A stretch of DNA of 64,000 nucleotides from Eledone cirrhosa (lineage: Eukaryota), in assembly GCA_964016885.1 (NCBI GenBank), contig OZ024740.1, positions 71,858,001-71,922,000 of the forward strand. The letters run 5' to 3'. Of this stretch, positions 26,389 to 38,933 are shown one piece after another (the first letter of the stretch is position 1; every line of letters begins with the position of its first letter). A model generated the notes under the pieces. It was given only the letters and a program-made list of their open reading frames with translations. It made no database searches and had not been told where the DNA came from. A program made the position numbers and the translations under genes.

Positions 26389-27277
26389 GTGCCATCACTG
26401 ATACCACTTCTACCACCACCACTACCACCATCATCACCACCATGTTTGTGTGTGTATGTGTGTGTGTGTTTGTACGTCAGTAGGAAGCTAAGAGGATATT
26501 TGTGTGTATATGAAAGTAAAAGAATGTGTGTTTGTAAATATGAAGCTGTGAGCGAATATGTGTATATATAAGGGTGTGTATGTGTGTACAGATCTGTGAA
26601 GGTAAATATAGAGGTGTGTGTGCGTTTTTTGTTGGTCTGTATAAGCTGTAAAAGTGTATGTTTCTGACCATAACAGAGCCATAGAAATAGGAGGTGAATT
26701 TCTGTGGATTGACATAACTGGTTATGTCAATCCACAGAAATTAACATGTTTAACATGTTTCTTTGAATAATAATATTTAGGCTTTCCGACTTAACCCTTC
26801 TAATGTAATCAGTATGATATGTGTTTCGCGTTTTTTATAGTCTCCTCCATCAGTGACATGTATTTTTGAATTTTATATTTATATTCTTTTGGGGTTTTGA
26901 AAATGAAGTCTGATTGTAGTTTGGTTTTTATATCACCTAGACCTATCAATTCAAACATTGATAGGTTTTATTTTTATGGATCGATTTATGATCTGGCCTT
27001 TGAAACAATTGTAAACCAATAAATATTCTTTCAACAATTTGGTTGTTTATTCTCCCACTATAATTTTTATATCAACGTTCTGTCTATATTCTTTTTGCAT
27101 GACTTAGATTTCTCTTGCTTACCTTCACTGTTTGCTTGTCTTGCACTTAATACACATTGAGCACACTGTCTTCTTTGCTACTAGCTTATAATTCTCACAA
27201 CTAATTTCAAATTTATCCTTCTTGATTTATCCTTCTTGATTGGTTTGTACACTTACTTTTGATATATATATATAATG

Positions 27278-27610
27278 GAGGCACATAGCTTAGTGGTTAG
27301 AGCATTGGCCTTGCAATTGAAAGGTTGTGAGTTCAATTCTCAGACCGGGTGATGTGTTGTTTCCTTGAGCATATTGCTCCAGTTTACTCAGCTGTAGAAA
27401 TGAGATGATAGGACTGGGGTCCCTATCATTCCACTGAAAAGTGGTCATGGAGGTGCCACGGCAAAAAAAAAAACAGCACTCACTGTAAATGAGGTTGGTG
27501 TTAGGAAGGGCATCCAGCTGTAAAAATCAAGCCAGAATCAGTTCCCGTCCCACCCTTGCAAGCAGGGAAAAAGCGGACGTAAGATGAAATGATGATGATG
27601 ATGAATGATG
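27278..27610 (+). mobile_element. Composite SINE: tRNA head, CORE-like domain, hairpin, RTE 3' module, RTE-A tail
   Basis: Same architecture as 56570-56958. Confidence 0.8.
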
Positions 27611-28756
27611 ATATATATATATATATACATGTACATACATATATATATATACATATATATATATATAACAGTAGAATACTGGAGCGTTATATCCGTAGTA
27701 GTAGCACTCAGTCCATGGTACGAGTTTGGTAGAAGTAGTTCCACAACAGTTAGTTCACCATACCGAGAACAAATGTTTCACCTTATGTGAGTCTTCAGCA
27801 TAAAGTTTTGAAAGAATTTTTTAAGTTTTAATAATTTTTTCAGATTTTGAAGAAAAAACTTTTTTAATTTCCCACCGCAAAGGAACCTGTGACAGGTTGA
27901 AAAACACACATACACGCACACACACCATAACCCCCCCCCCCATACACACACACGTGTGTGTATTGTTATATATATACACACACACACTTCAAAATAAGAG
28001 AGAAAAAATTACTCATTCCAGAAGTTCCTGTTTGAGAACCACTACTGAGGGGGTATAAATAACAATACAGACATGCGTGTATTGTTATTTATACACCCTC
28101 ACACTATATACACACTCCCTAAAACCATATTCCAATAATAGAATTTCTTTTACAATCCTACTGCTGCCATAGAATTTGTCTCTAGCTTACAATATCCCAT
28201 CCCCATTTGAACTCTTGACCAGTCAATTAACACAATCAGGTATACACACACATATTTACAGAATATTTCCTTTTCCCCCAAAAAACAATTTTGTTCTGTG
28301 GAGAGACACAACTACCAACACTACTGCTACTATCATGCCTACACAAGAATTCATTCTCCAGTCCACTTCTGAGCAAGGAAGATGGGGGAAACTTACTCCA
28401 ACACTTAATTCTAAATCTTTAATTTTTAGTTTTTAATTCCTATTAATTCTTTTTAATTGTAATACTCAACATTTGATAAAATGAATTTTAATAATACATC
28501 GAAACCGGTAATACTTTATATATTTTATATACATTATAAAATAAAAAAAAAAAAATTGTCCCACTCATCTTTTCAATAATGTCACTTTGACAAATTAAAG
28601 AAAGGAAAAAAAACAAAACAGACCCTAAAATATATTTTCCGTGCTATTTCCAACTTCACCTTTTCTCTCTCTCTCTATATATATATATGTGTGTGTGTGT
28701 GTGTCTGTATGTCACCCCCCCCCCTCTCTCTCTCTATATATATATGTATATATATA

Positions 28757-29100
28757 TTCATTTCTTGAGCCATAACCATAGCCACCGTGAACTCCACTGA
28801 ATCTGTACTGGTACTGTCCTACATTACCATTGAAGTCACTTGCCAGGATGATGAGGTCACCTTTATTAGTACCTGAAGTTATCTGTAAAAGTTCGTCATC
28901 CTGTCATTTTGTTCTTTTCTTAGTCCTGCCTGTGGAGCATAGGTAGATGTAATTGTCACCATTCTATTTCCTACTGCTAATCTAAGTTTGATAATTCTGT
29001 TGCTTACCTTAACTACTTCTATCACTATAACTATCCATTTCTCAACTAGTAAGATGCCTACACCTACACCATCATCGTTTCCTATCCAGTAAATCTATTT
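28757..29100 (-). mobile_element. RTE endonuclease fragment
   Basis: Similar to 3125-3480. Confidence 0.75.
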
Positions 29101-29109
29101 GCATATATA

Positions 29110-32100
29110 TATTGGTGGTCCTTAAGGAAATTAGGTGTAGAAGAATGGTTGGTGAGAGCAATGCAAGTCATGTACAAAGAAGCTGTCAGCAAAGTGAGCT
29201 GTCAGCAAAGTTAGCTTTTGTTGATCTACTAGAGAATGCCTTTGATAGGGTACCCCGATCTGTCATCTGGTGGTCCCTAAGGAAACTAAGTGTTGAGGAA
29301 TGGCTTGTGAGGACAGTGAAAGCTTTGTACAGAGGTGCTGTCAGTAAAGTGAGGGTAGGAAATGAGTTTAGTAAGGAGTTCAAGGTACAAGTAGGAGTTC
29401 ATCAAAGGTTTGGTTCTTAGCCCAATACTTCTCATTATAATCCTCCAAGCTATAACAGAGGAATTTAAGACTGGCTGCCCATGGGAACTTCTCTATGCAG
29501 ATGATCTGGTCCTTATAGCTGAATCTTTAGCAGCATGGTGTATAAATGTTATTGAGACATGAGTAACATAATAATAATGTCAACAGCAGAAATTAGAGAT
29601 GAAATGTATGTTTAATTTTGTTGTAGCACAAATAATGTTGGTTAACTTGTATCGTTGAAGTTACACATAAAAATGAGGTTACAAAAGGGAATGTGCTATT
29701 GCGCCGGAAAGCCGGCAGGCTAAGGTGCAAAATCTCACCGTCACATGTACGTGTTGCTGGTTCAAAGTTCCTGGTGCGAGAGAAAGATTCTTCAAATTTC
29801 TCCCTCAGGACGCGTAGGGATACATCCTCATCTACTGGCGTTGATTGGCTGAGCTGAGCCAAATCACGCACAGAGAATGTATGTGAGCCCGCGGAATGTA
29901 GGTCACTACAATACTCCCCTCCTAGACGGAAGTCGATACAGATTATTGAATCAGCAAGAACAAATGCTGAAAGAGCACATCAGTGAAAAAATAATTGAGC
30001 AGAAGGATGCATGCAAGAAAAAAAATGAGGCGCTAAGGGCCGTGTTGAGCCGCTGTGTCAAATGACTAGCTGTTTTGTAGTTTATACGTGACCACCAAAG
30101 GTCTAACAGAAAACGGATAAAGTCTGACATGGGCGAAGTTGCCATTCTTGCATTAAATGTTAATGCTAAGTGTTGTACCAGTAGCTGTGGATGAAGCTAT
30201 TATGGTAGTTTACCAGTGCTGGCAAGAAGATGATGGGTAGGCGAGAAAATGTTGGCCTCTCGGATGTATTGCCGAATGTGCTAGGAAGCCAGGAAAAAAT
30301 GGCTGGTTGCTTTGAAAAGAAAAAAAGCAAGTTGAATCTGTAGGTGGGTTGCAGTGTAAATTCCATAATTCAGGCGAATCCACAGAAGTGGTGGAAATGC
30401 TGACAAGTCCAGTTCTATTTGTTGTTTTCCCAGTGAGTCGGGTAAGGTAACAAGATGGAGGTTGTTATGGACGATGAGTGTGCAACGAGATGCGAAACTG
30501 TTTGAGTTCAGCTGCAATTAGCATTCTCGTGTTGCGGTGCCTGTTTGAATCCAGGTGAATTAAGCTCTAGGAGTCGCTAGCATGTGACGACACCTCAACC
30601 AGGTGAAAAGGGATCTCGCAGAATATTACGTTTGAAGAACATATACTAAGAACAACATGTTGGTGGGTGACAAAGAAATGTGTGCATATGCAGGCATGTA
30701 AAACAGCAAATAAATGTGTGGGTGCAGTCATATATACAATGATAAAGAAAATGATGCAGTCATATATACAATGATAGAAAAAAAATGAATTTCCATATAA
30801 TACAGTTTAAAAAAAAAAATAAATGTCCAAAATAAATGCCTGAAAAAAAAAGGAAGAAAGAAAGAATTGTTTCTTTTCTTTTAACAAAAAGTTCGCTTTT
30901 CTTTTCTTTGGGATCGCTCTTACTAGGGAGCTAGTAGAGTTGTTGTTGTTGTTAAAGCAAAGTCAATGAATCTTCTGTAGAGTCAAAGTCGAGCGTTGAA
31001 GAACCTAGAGTCACCAATATGGCAGCCACGTCTGACGCCATAATGGTGAGAAGACTAATGTCTTAATTTCTCGAGTCCTTGTGGTAACGAGACAGAAGGT
31101 ATGGTGGTTGCGTCGGTAAAGTTATAAGCCGTTCCCTGGTGTTTGTTAATAGTTAGCCATGTGTTGCTGCTGATGGCTGGTACTTGGTGGTAGCTGTTTT
31201 GAAATTTCCTCGTGGCGTAAATTTGTTTATACATACACTGCCAATTTTAATTTTATTTCAAAAGGAATATTTTGAACTGAAAATATTCATCACGTCGGGG
31301 TCACCACTTTTAACAGCATGGTGTATAAATGTTATTGAGACACGAGTAACATAATAATGATGTCAACAGCAGAAATTAGAGATGAAATGTATGTTTATTT
31401 TTGTTGTAGCACAAATAATGTTGGTTAACTTGTATGGTTGAAGTTACACATAAAAATGAGGTTACAAAAGGGAATGTGCCATTGCGCCGGAAAGCTGGCA
31501 GGCTCAGGTGCAAAATCTCACCATCACATGTACGTGTTCCTGGTTCGAAGTTCCTGGTGCGAGAGAAAGATTCTTCAAATCTTCGCGGGGAAATTTCTCC
31601 CTCAGGACGCGTAGGGATACATCCTCATCTACTGGCTTTGATTGGCTGAGCTGAGCCAAATCACGCACAGAGAATGTATGTGAGCCCGCGGAATGTAGGT
31701 CACTACAAATCTATTAAAGACCTATAAAATAAGTTCCGACTACAGAAACAGAATTTAGAGTCAAAAGGCATAAGAGTAAACTTAGCCAAAACTATACTGC
31801 TAGTGAGTAGGAGATAATATAGAACCCTGATTCCTTCAGGGAAGTCACCTTGCTGAATATGTAGAAAGGGAGTTGGCATAAACTCCATATAATATACACA
31901 ATATAAATCTTGGGTACACAAGAGATGTAGTGGGATAATGAGTGAGCTAACAGGAAGTAAAGACATTGTTTGTAGAAGATGCACAGGAGTAACCGAGGGA
32001 AAGATAACCAGTAATGTAAGCTTATTCCAGTCACTGGAAGGACCCATGGAAGTGATTGATAGCTTTTGCTATCTAGGCAATGTAATTAGCAGCGGAAGAA

Positions 32101-32630
32101 GGTGCTCTCTGAGCATAATAGCTAGAATAAGTTCAGAAAGCTACTCCCACTGTTGACCACAAAAGCTTTCTCCCTACATACAAAAGAACGACTGTATGAC
32201 ACCTGTGTGCAAAGTGCGATGCTGCATGGTGGTGAAATGTGGGCTGTGACTGCGAAGGATGTGTGTAGACTTGAGTGCAATGAAGCAACCATTTTCCATT
32301 GGATGTGCAATATAAGTGTAAGAAAGAGGCAGAGCTTGGACAAGTTGAATGAGAAGCTCGGTTTCAAAGAAATCCAAGGTGGTATGCAGGAGAGAAGACT
32401 GCATTGGTTTGGATATGTGGTCCGCATGGACAATAATTGCTGGGTGAAGAAGTGCCAGGAAATGCCAGTGGAGTGAAGTTGCAGTACTCAAATCACTGAG
32501 ATTCACAGAGGTGATGACAAAGTATGGAGAGATGCCGTTCTGAGAAGGACTTGTTCAACCCATGCAAGCATGGAAAAATGGATGTAAAGATGGACATAAA
32601 CACAATGATGATGATGATGATGATGGTATA
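29110..32630 (+). mobile_element. Decayed RTE RT and 3' end, split by an LTR element just after YADD
   Basis: AFDRVPRSVIWW..LLYADDLVLIAES continuing after 31712; (GAT)n tail at ~32606-32625. Confidence 0.88.
29526..31707 (-). mobile_element. Non-autonomous LTR retroelement (TRIM-like, probably Gypsy-derived)
   Basis: LTRs ~29526-29910 and ~31309-31707; PBS TGGTGACCCCGACGTGAT (tRNA-Trp) at 31289-31306; PPT AGGAGGGGAG beside the 3' LTR; TSD AATC(T). Confidence 0.92.
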
Positions 32631-33177
32631 TGCAAAATATCGACAAGGAAAAACTACATTGGAAAACAATACAACACAATGATGATATTTATTAGTTTAA
32701 CACTTGATACAGTATGAAAGAGTTTCAACATTTCGGTTGTTAGTCTTTCATCAAAAGATAGAATGAACGATAGAAGAAATAGAGGGTTAGACAAGAGTAA
32801 GAAAAGAAAGAAATGAAAAAAAAAAATGATTTTTTTCATGAGGAAAGCATGTGTAAATAAATAGATAAATAAATAAATAAACAAATGAATAAATAAATAA
32901 ATACAGTTTTGAACTGTTGTATAAAAGCATATTGATTGGTTTTTACCCCTGCTTGTGTCTTGAATATTTTCATTGATTTTGGGGATAAATATAAACAATA
33001 TAAGCATGACTTATTTACTTGAGGAATAGATCATCTTAATTATACTTCCATACACCATTATGAGATTATTTATGCGTTCCAGTCTGCATGTTGTTGTTGT
33101 AGTAGTTGTTGTTGTTGTTGTTCTAGATCTTACAGCAGAGCATGATAATAGTATCAAGGAAGTAATAGATAATTCAA

Positions 33178-33598
33178 TATATGTTATGTATGTTTGTATG
33201 TATGTTATGTATGTATTCATGTATATATGCATTTTATGTAAGTATATGTTATGTATATATGTATGTATTCATGTATATATGTATGTTACGTATGTATGTA
33301 TGTTATGTATATGTGTATGTATTCATGTATATATGTATGTTATGTATGTAGGTATATATGTTATGTATATATGTATGTATTCTTGTATATGAGCATGTTA
33401 TGTATGCATGAACATATGTATGTATGTTATGTATGTTGTATATGTATGTATGCATGTATATGTGTATGTTATGTATGTATATATGTTATGTATGTATATA
33501 TGTCTGTATGTATATAAGTTATGTATGTATGTATATATATGTTATGTATGTATATATGTATATATATATGTTATGTATGTATGTATTATGTATGTATG
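33178..33598. repeat. Degenerate (TATG)n microsatellite
   Basis: Direct inspection. Confidence 0.9.
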
Positions 33599-34665
33599 AT
33601 CTAACCCTTATAGCTGAATCGATGGCAGAATTAGTGAAGAAATTCCAAATTTGTAAGCATGGCCGAGAATCAAAAGCTCTTAAACTCAACTTGGCAAAGA
33701 CTAAGGTTCTAGTAAGTTGAAAGGAAAACAGGGCAATATATGCAGATGACCTATGAAGATTGGAAAGAAATGAAGCTTACATACTCTAATGGATGTATAA
33801 AATTAGTGTGCATGAACAACAAAGCATCAGTGAACTGAGAGAGAAACTAAACAGGACAGGAGTTTGCAATGGTTTGGACATGTGATGCATATGGAGGATG
33901 CCAGCTGTAGAAAAAGGTGTTGGTCACTCGAAACTGAAGGAAACAATGGAAGAGAAAGACCTAGGTAAGTTTGGGATGTACACAAAATGAAATGAAACAA
34001 ACATGCAGAGGACACACTAGCCAGCAGAAATCCTCTCCCCACCCCTACAGTCAGCCACTTCTCCCACCTTAATACCCCACTCACACCTGCTAAATATCCC
34101 ATGCACCTAATCGATGTTCAACTCAATTACCTGCCTTCCCCAGCCCTGATACACCTTACCTGCCCAGCCCATAAAAGCTAGACATGCTTGACATCTGATC
34201 TCTCACAATGCCTTTGCCATGAAAAAGAGCACAAAGTCCACTCTGTATGCTGATCCAGTGCCACAGCAGCAAAAGCACTCTGTCCACACTATAAGGTGGT
34301 CATGCTGGTGACATGAGAAAAAGTGCCCAGTCCACACTGTAAGGTGGTTGTGCTGGTGACATGAGAAAAAACACCCAGTCCACACTGTAAGATGGTCATA
34401 TTGGTGGCATGACAAAAAGTACCCAGTTCACCCTGTAAGGTGGTCATTTCGGTGCCACAAGAAAAAACACCCAGTCTACACTATAACCTGGTTGGTGTTA
34501 GGAAGGGTATCCAGTTGTAGAAACCAAGCCAAAATACAGATCCATATGAGCAAAATGTAGGCTCCAGTCCTGACTTGCCTCATAACATGCCAACCCATCT
34601 AGCACATGCAAGCGTGAAAAAATGAACATTAAATTATGATGATGCTGAGGACGAAAAGGATGATC
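33598..34665 (+). mobile_element. Highly decayed RTE fragment plus 3' module with internal ~42-bp tandem duplications
   Basis: DLTLIAESMAELVKKF; repeated AAAGCACCCAGTCCACACTGTAAGGTGG-like units; GGTTGGTGTTAGGAAGGG. Confidence 0.65.
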
Positions 34666-34687
34666 ATGATATATTTATATTATATAT

Positions 34688-35470
34688 AATAATTGTTTCT
34701 ACTTTTAGCACAAGGCCAGAAATTATCCCAGTGCATTACTGGTACTTTATTTTATTGAACCTGTAAGGAGGAAAGGCAAAGTTAACCTTGGCGGGATTTG
34801 AACTCAGACCGTAAAGGGCCGTAACTCGGTGTTGAAAAGCATCGCGTCCGACCCTCTACCGATACTGTCAATCCACTGCCCTATATATTAATGACGTGTG
34901 TTTCAGGATCGATCAGTTCAAGGAATGATCGGGGACCCGATCACTACCAATCGTACCTTGAGCTGATTGATTGCAAAACACGTGAATAAACATGATATTG
35001 ACACTTTGTTCTTACTCTTTGATATTATTATTATTATTATAAGGGCGGGGAATTGGCAGTATTGTTAGAGGGTCAGACACCCTGCTTTCCAGCATAGAGT
35101 TACACCCCTTTATGGTCTGAGTTCAAATCCCCCCAAGGTTAACTTTGCCTTTCATCCTTACGGGCGTCGATAAAATAAAGTACCAGTAATGTGCTGGGTA
35201 ATTGCTGGCCTTGTGCCAAAAGTAGAAACAATTATTATTATTATTATGAGGGCTGTTGATTGGCAGAATCGGTAGAGCGTCGGACCAAATGCTTTGTGGC
35301 ATAGAGTTACGACCCTTTACGTTCTGATTTCAAATCCCGCCAAGGTTAGCTTTGCCTTTCATGCTTACTGGGTCGATAAAATAAAGTACCAGTCACGCAC
35401 TGGCGTCAATATAATTGACTTTCCTCTCCCCCAAAATTGGTGGCCTTGTGTCTAAATCAGAAACAATTAT
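34688..35470. mobile_element. Cluster of three Nin-like SINEs (34688-34882 minus; 35042-35245 and 35250-35470 plus)
   Basis: Match to 9784-9980. Confidence 0.85.
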
Positions 35471-35626
35471 TATCATTTATTATTAACACTCTGCTTCTTA
35501 AGGGTTCCAGCTATGGTCAAATACCAAATATAGAATCCCACACCAGTACTCAGACCCAAATCGTAGCATTGAGTGCTCAAACATGTGAACCATCAGTAAC
35601 TAAACATTACACACTAATATACTATT

Positions 35627-35745
<119 letters not shown>

Positions 35746-36109
35746 CTGTACATAATAAATATAGATAAGAGAGATTCTTGATATGAACCAATGAGGAAGT
35801 ATCAATTACAAATGGTAGGGTGAGTTCTAAAATAAACTCTGTCTGTTGCTTCTTGTGTAGAATTTTTCCTGCCATAGTGTTGTGTGTCTTTCAACATCTT
35901 TGAAATGTAGTGTAGCTATGTCTACTACTTTTACATTCGATGTATACACACACACTTACATATACACACTCACATATACACCCCCCCACACACACATACA
36001 CACTCATGTATACACACTCACATATAGACACACACACACATATGCACTCTCACACACACAAACACACACTTATACACACACATACATATGCATACTCACA
36101 CACACACAC

Positions 36110-36629
<520 letters not shown>

Positions 36630-36729
36630 TTATATACATACACACATATATATATATATATATGTATATATATAAACCCATGCTAGCGTGGAAGATAGAC
36701 GTTAAATGATGATGATGATGATGATGTTA

Positions 36730-37025
36730 TTGCAATAGCCTGGGGTTCAAGGGCCCTCAACTCTTCAACAAGCTGCCTAGGAATTTGTGAGATCTGCATG
36801 GTGTGGACGTGGATATTTTCAAGAAACATCTCGACACCTTGCTTTCCAGGATCCCGGATTAGCCCACAGTACAGTATGAAGGTAACCTAAGGGCAGCAGC
36901 AACAAACTCATTCTTACACCAATGGCCAGCCAACACAGGCTGCAGATAGAATGTGTAGCAACAAGAGCGATGCCCTAGCATGGCCTCAGCCAGATGGCTG
37001 GAACAGGTAAAAGAGTAAAAGAGTA
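36730..37025 (+). mobile_element. CR1-like LINE 3' end
   Basis: NSLGFKGPQLFNKLP..FKKHLDTLLSRIPD..RAAATNS; GTAAAAGA tail. Confidence 0.75.
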
Positions 37026-37033
37026 TATATATA

Positions 37034-38882
37034 TCATCATCATCATCATCATCATCAACGTTTAACGTCCGTGTTCCACGCTTGCATGGGTTTGGACGGG
37101 GGTATTTCCCACTTGAGGCAAGAGTGATTGTCTTGCTCGCATAGGACTGTCTGGCGGGTTTTCTACAGCTGGATGCCCTTCCTAACACCAACCACATTTA
37201 CAGTGTGGGGCTGGGAGGTTTTTACCGTGTTGCCTACACAGCCACATTACAGCGTGGACTGTCTGGCAGGTTTTCTACGGCTGGATGCCCTTCCTAACAC
37301 CAACCACATTTACAGTGTGGGGCTGGGAGGTTTTTACTGTGTTGCCTACGCGGCCACATTACAGCATGGACTGTGTGTTTTTTGTCGTGACACCTACACG
37401 ATCTCATTTGTTTCGGCCTGGATGTTGTGGCACCAACATAACTTTACATTGAAAGGGGCGGTGTGGATGGGGGGGGGGTGTATTTTGTTAGAGATGCCTA
37501 CTGACTGTAGTAGGTTTTACTTTGTATTTAGGTAAGGCGGGTCTTCTCTATTACTGAGTACCGCCAAAGGTCTCGGTCCAGTGACATTGTCTTGGAGAGG
37601 TGTAAGTGTGTGAGGTCGGTATTTATCAGCTCGTCCCAGGTTTTTCTGGGTCTGCCTACTCCGTGGCTACCATCTATCTTTATTGTCCTGCACTTTGTTA
37701 TACAGCTGTCGTCTTTCATGCGCATCACGTGACCATACCAACGTAGCCTTCTCTCGAGTAAACAACATCTGATCCCTCTTATTTCTAATTTTTTCCTTAG
37801 TTCGTTTATGCTTTGCCGTTCACGTATATTACTATTACACATCCAGCGGAGCATGCAAGCTTCGTTCCTCTCTAGTCTGCGTATATCCTCTGCACACAAT
37901 GCTTAGGTCTCACTGCCATGCAACATTGCTGTTCGTATGCAGGCATCGTACAACCCGCCTTTCATTTTTAGGGAGAACCCTTTAGCGGCTAATAGTGGTA
38001 TAAGCTCTCTGAACTTTTTCCATCCAGTTCTGACTCTAGCTACTGTACTTTCAGAGCACCCTCCAACACTGCTGATTTTGTCACCCAGGTAACGGAAGCT
38101 GTCCACTATTTCTATAGAACCCTCTGTGCAATTGAAAGAGCTAGTATTTTGTGTACACTTGCTGCTACTTATTGCACCAGAGCACCGGCCACATGTAAAA
38201 TCTATGTTCTTAGTTAGCTTACCTGTGATCCCACTACATCTTTTATGCACCCATACTTTGCATTTGGGACATAAAATGGAGTTTCTACCTCTGCCTTTCC
38301 TACACACTGAGCATGGCCACTTCCCGGAAGGGACCGTCGCCTTATTTTCTTTCTTACAAACTAGAACTTTAGTCTTAGCCAGGTTAATTTTAAGGCCTTT
38401 TGATTCTAGGCCATGCTTCCATGTTTTGAATTTCTTCTCTAGCTCGGCCATTGATTCAGCTATGAGTGTTAGGTCATCTGCGTATAGGAGTTCCCATGGG
38501 CAGCCGGTCTTGAACTCCTCTGTTATAGCCTGAAGGGCAATAATAAATAGTAGGGGGCTGAGAACAGAGCCCTGATGGACGCCAACTTTTATGCTAAACT
38601 CTTCACTATATTCGTTGTTAATTCTAACCTTGCTGACTGTTTCTTTATACATGGCTTGTATAGCTCTCACAAGCCATTCATCAACACCTAGTTTTCTAAG
38701 AGCCCACCAGATAATGGAACGGGGGACTCTGTCGAAGGCTTTCTCCAAGTCGACAAAAGCTAAGTATAGGGGTTTACTTTTAGCTAGGTACTTCTCCTGT
38801 AGTTGTCGTACAATGAAAAGAGCATCTGTGGTACTTTTGCCTGACACAAACCCGAACTGCATTTCATCTAGATCAATTCTCT

Positions 38883-38887
<5 letters not shown>
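37034..38887 (-). mobile_element. RTE family C, 5'-truncated, one in-frame stop at 37903, with 3' module
   Basis: RT ORFs 37903-38885 and 37528-37899 in the same frame; YADD and PHD-like finger. Confidence 0.93.

Positions 38888-38930
<43 letters not shown>

Positions 38931-38933
<3 letters not shown>

Noticed and set aside
26815-26860. Minus-strand CTGATGG...GAAAC candidate
   Set aside because: Core mismatch and no convincing stems
27765-27805. Minus-strand CTGAAGA...GAAAC hammerhead candidate
   Set aside because: Neither stem I nor stem II pairs properly
28468-28515. TTGATAA..CATC-GAAAC-CG-GTA candidate
   Set aside because: Two core mismatches and only a 2-bp stem I; possibly a relic but not supportable
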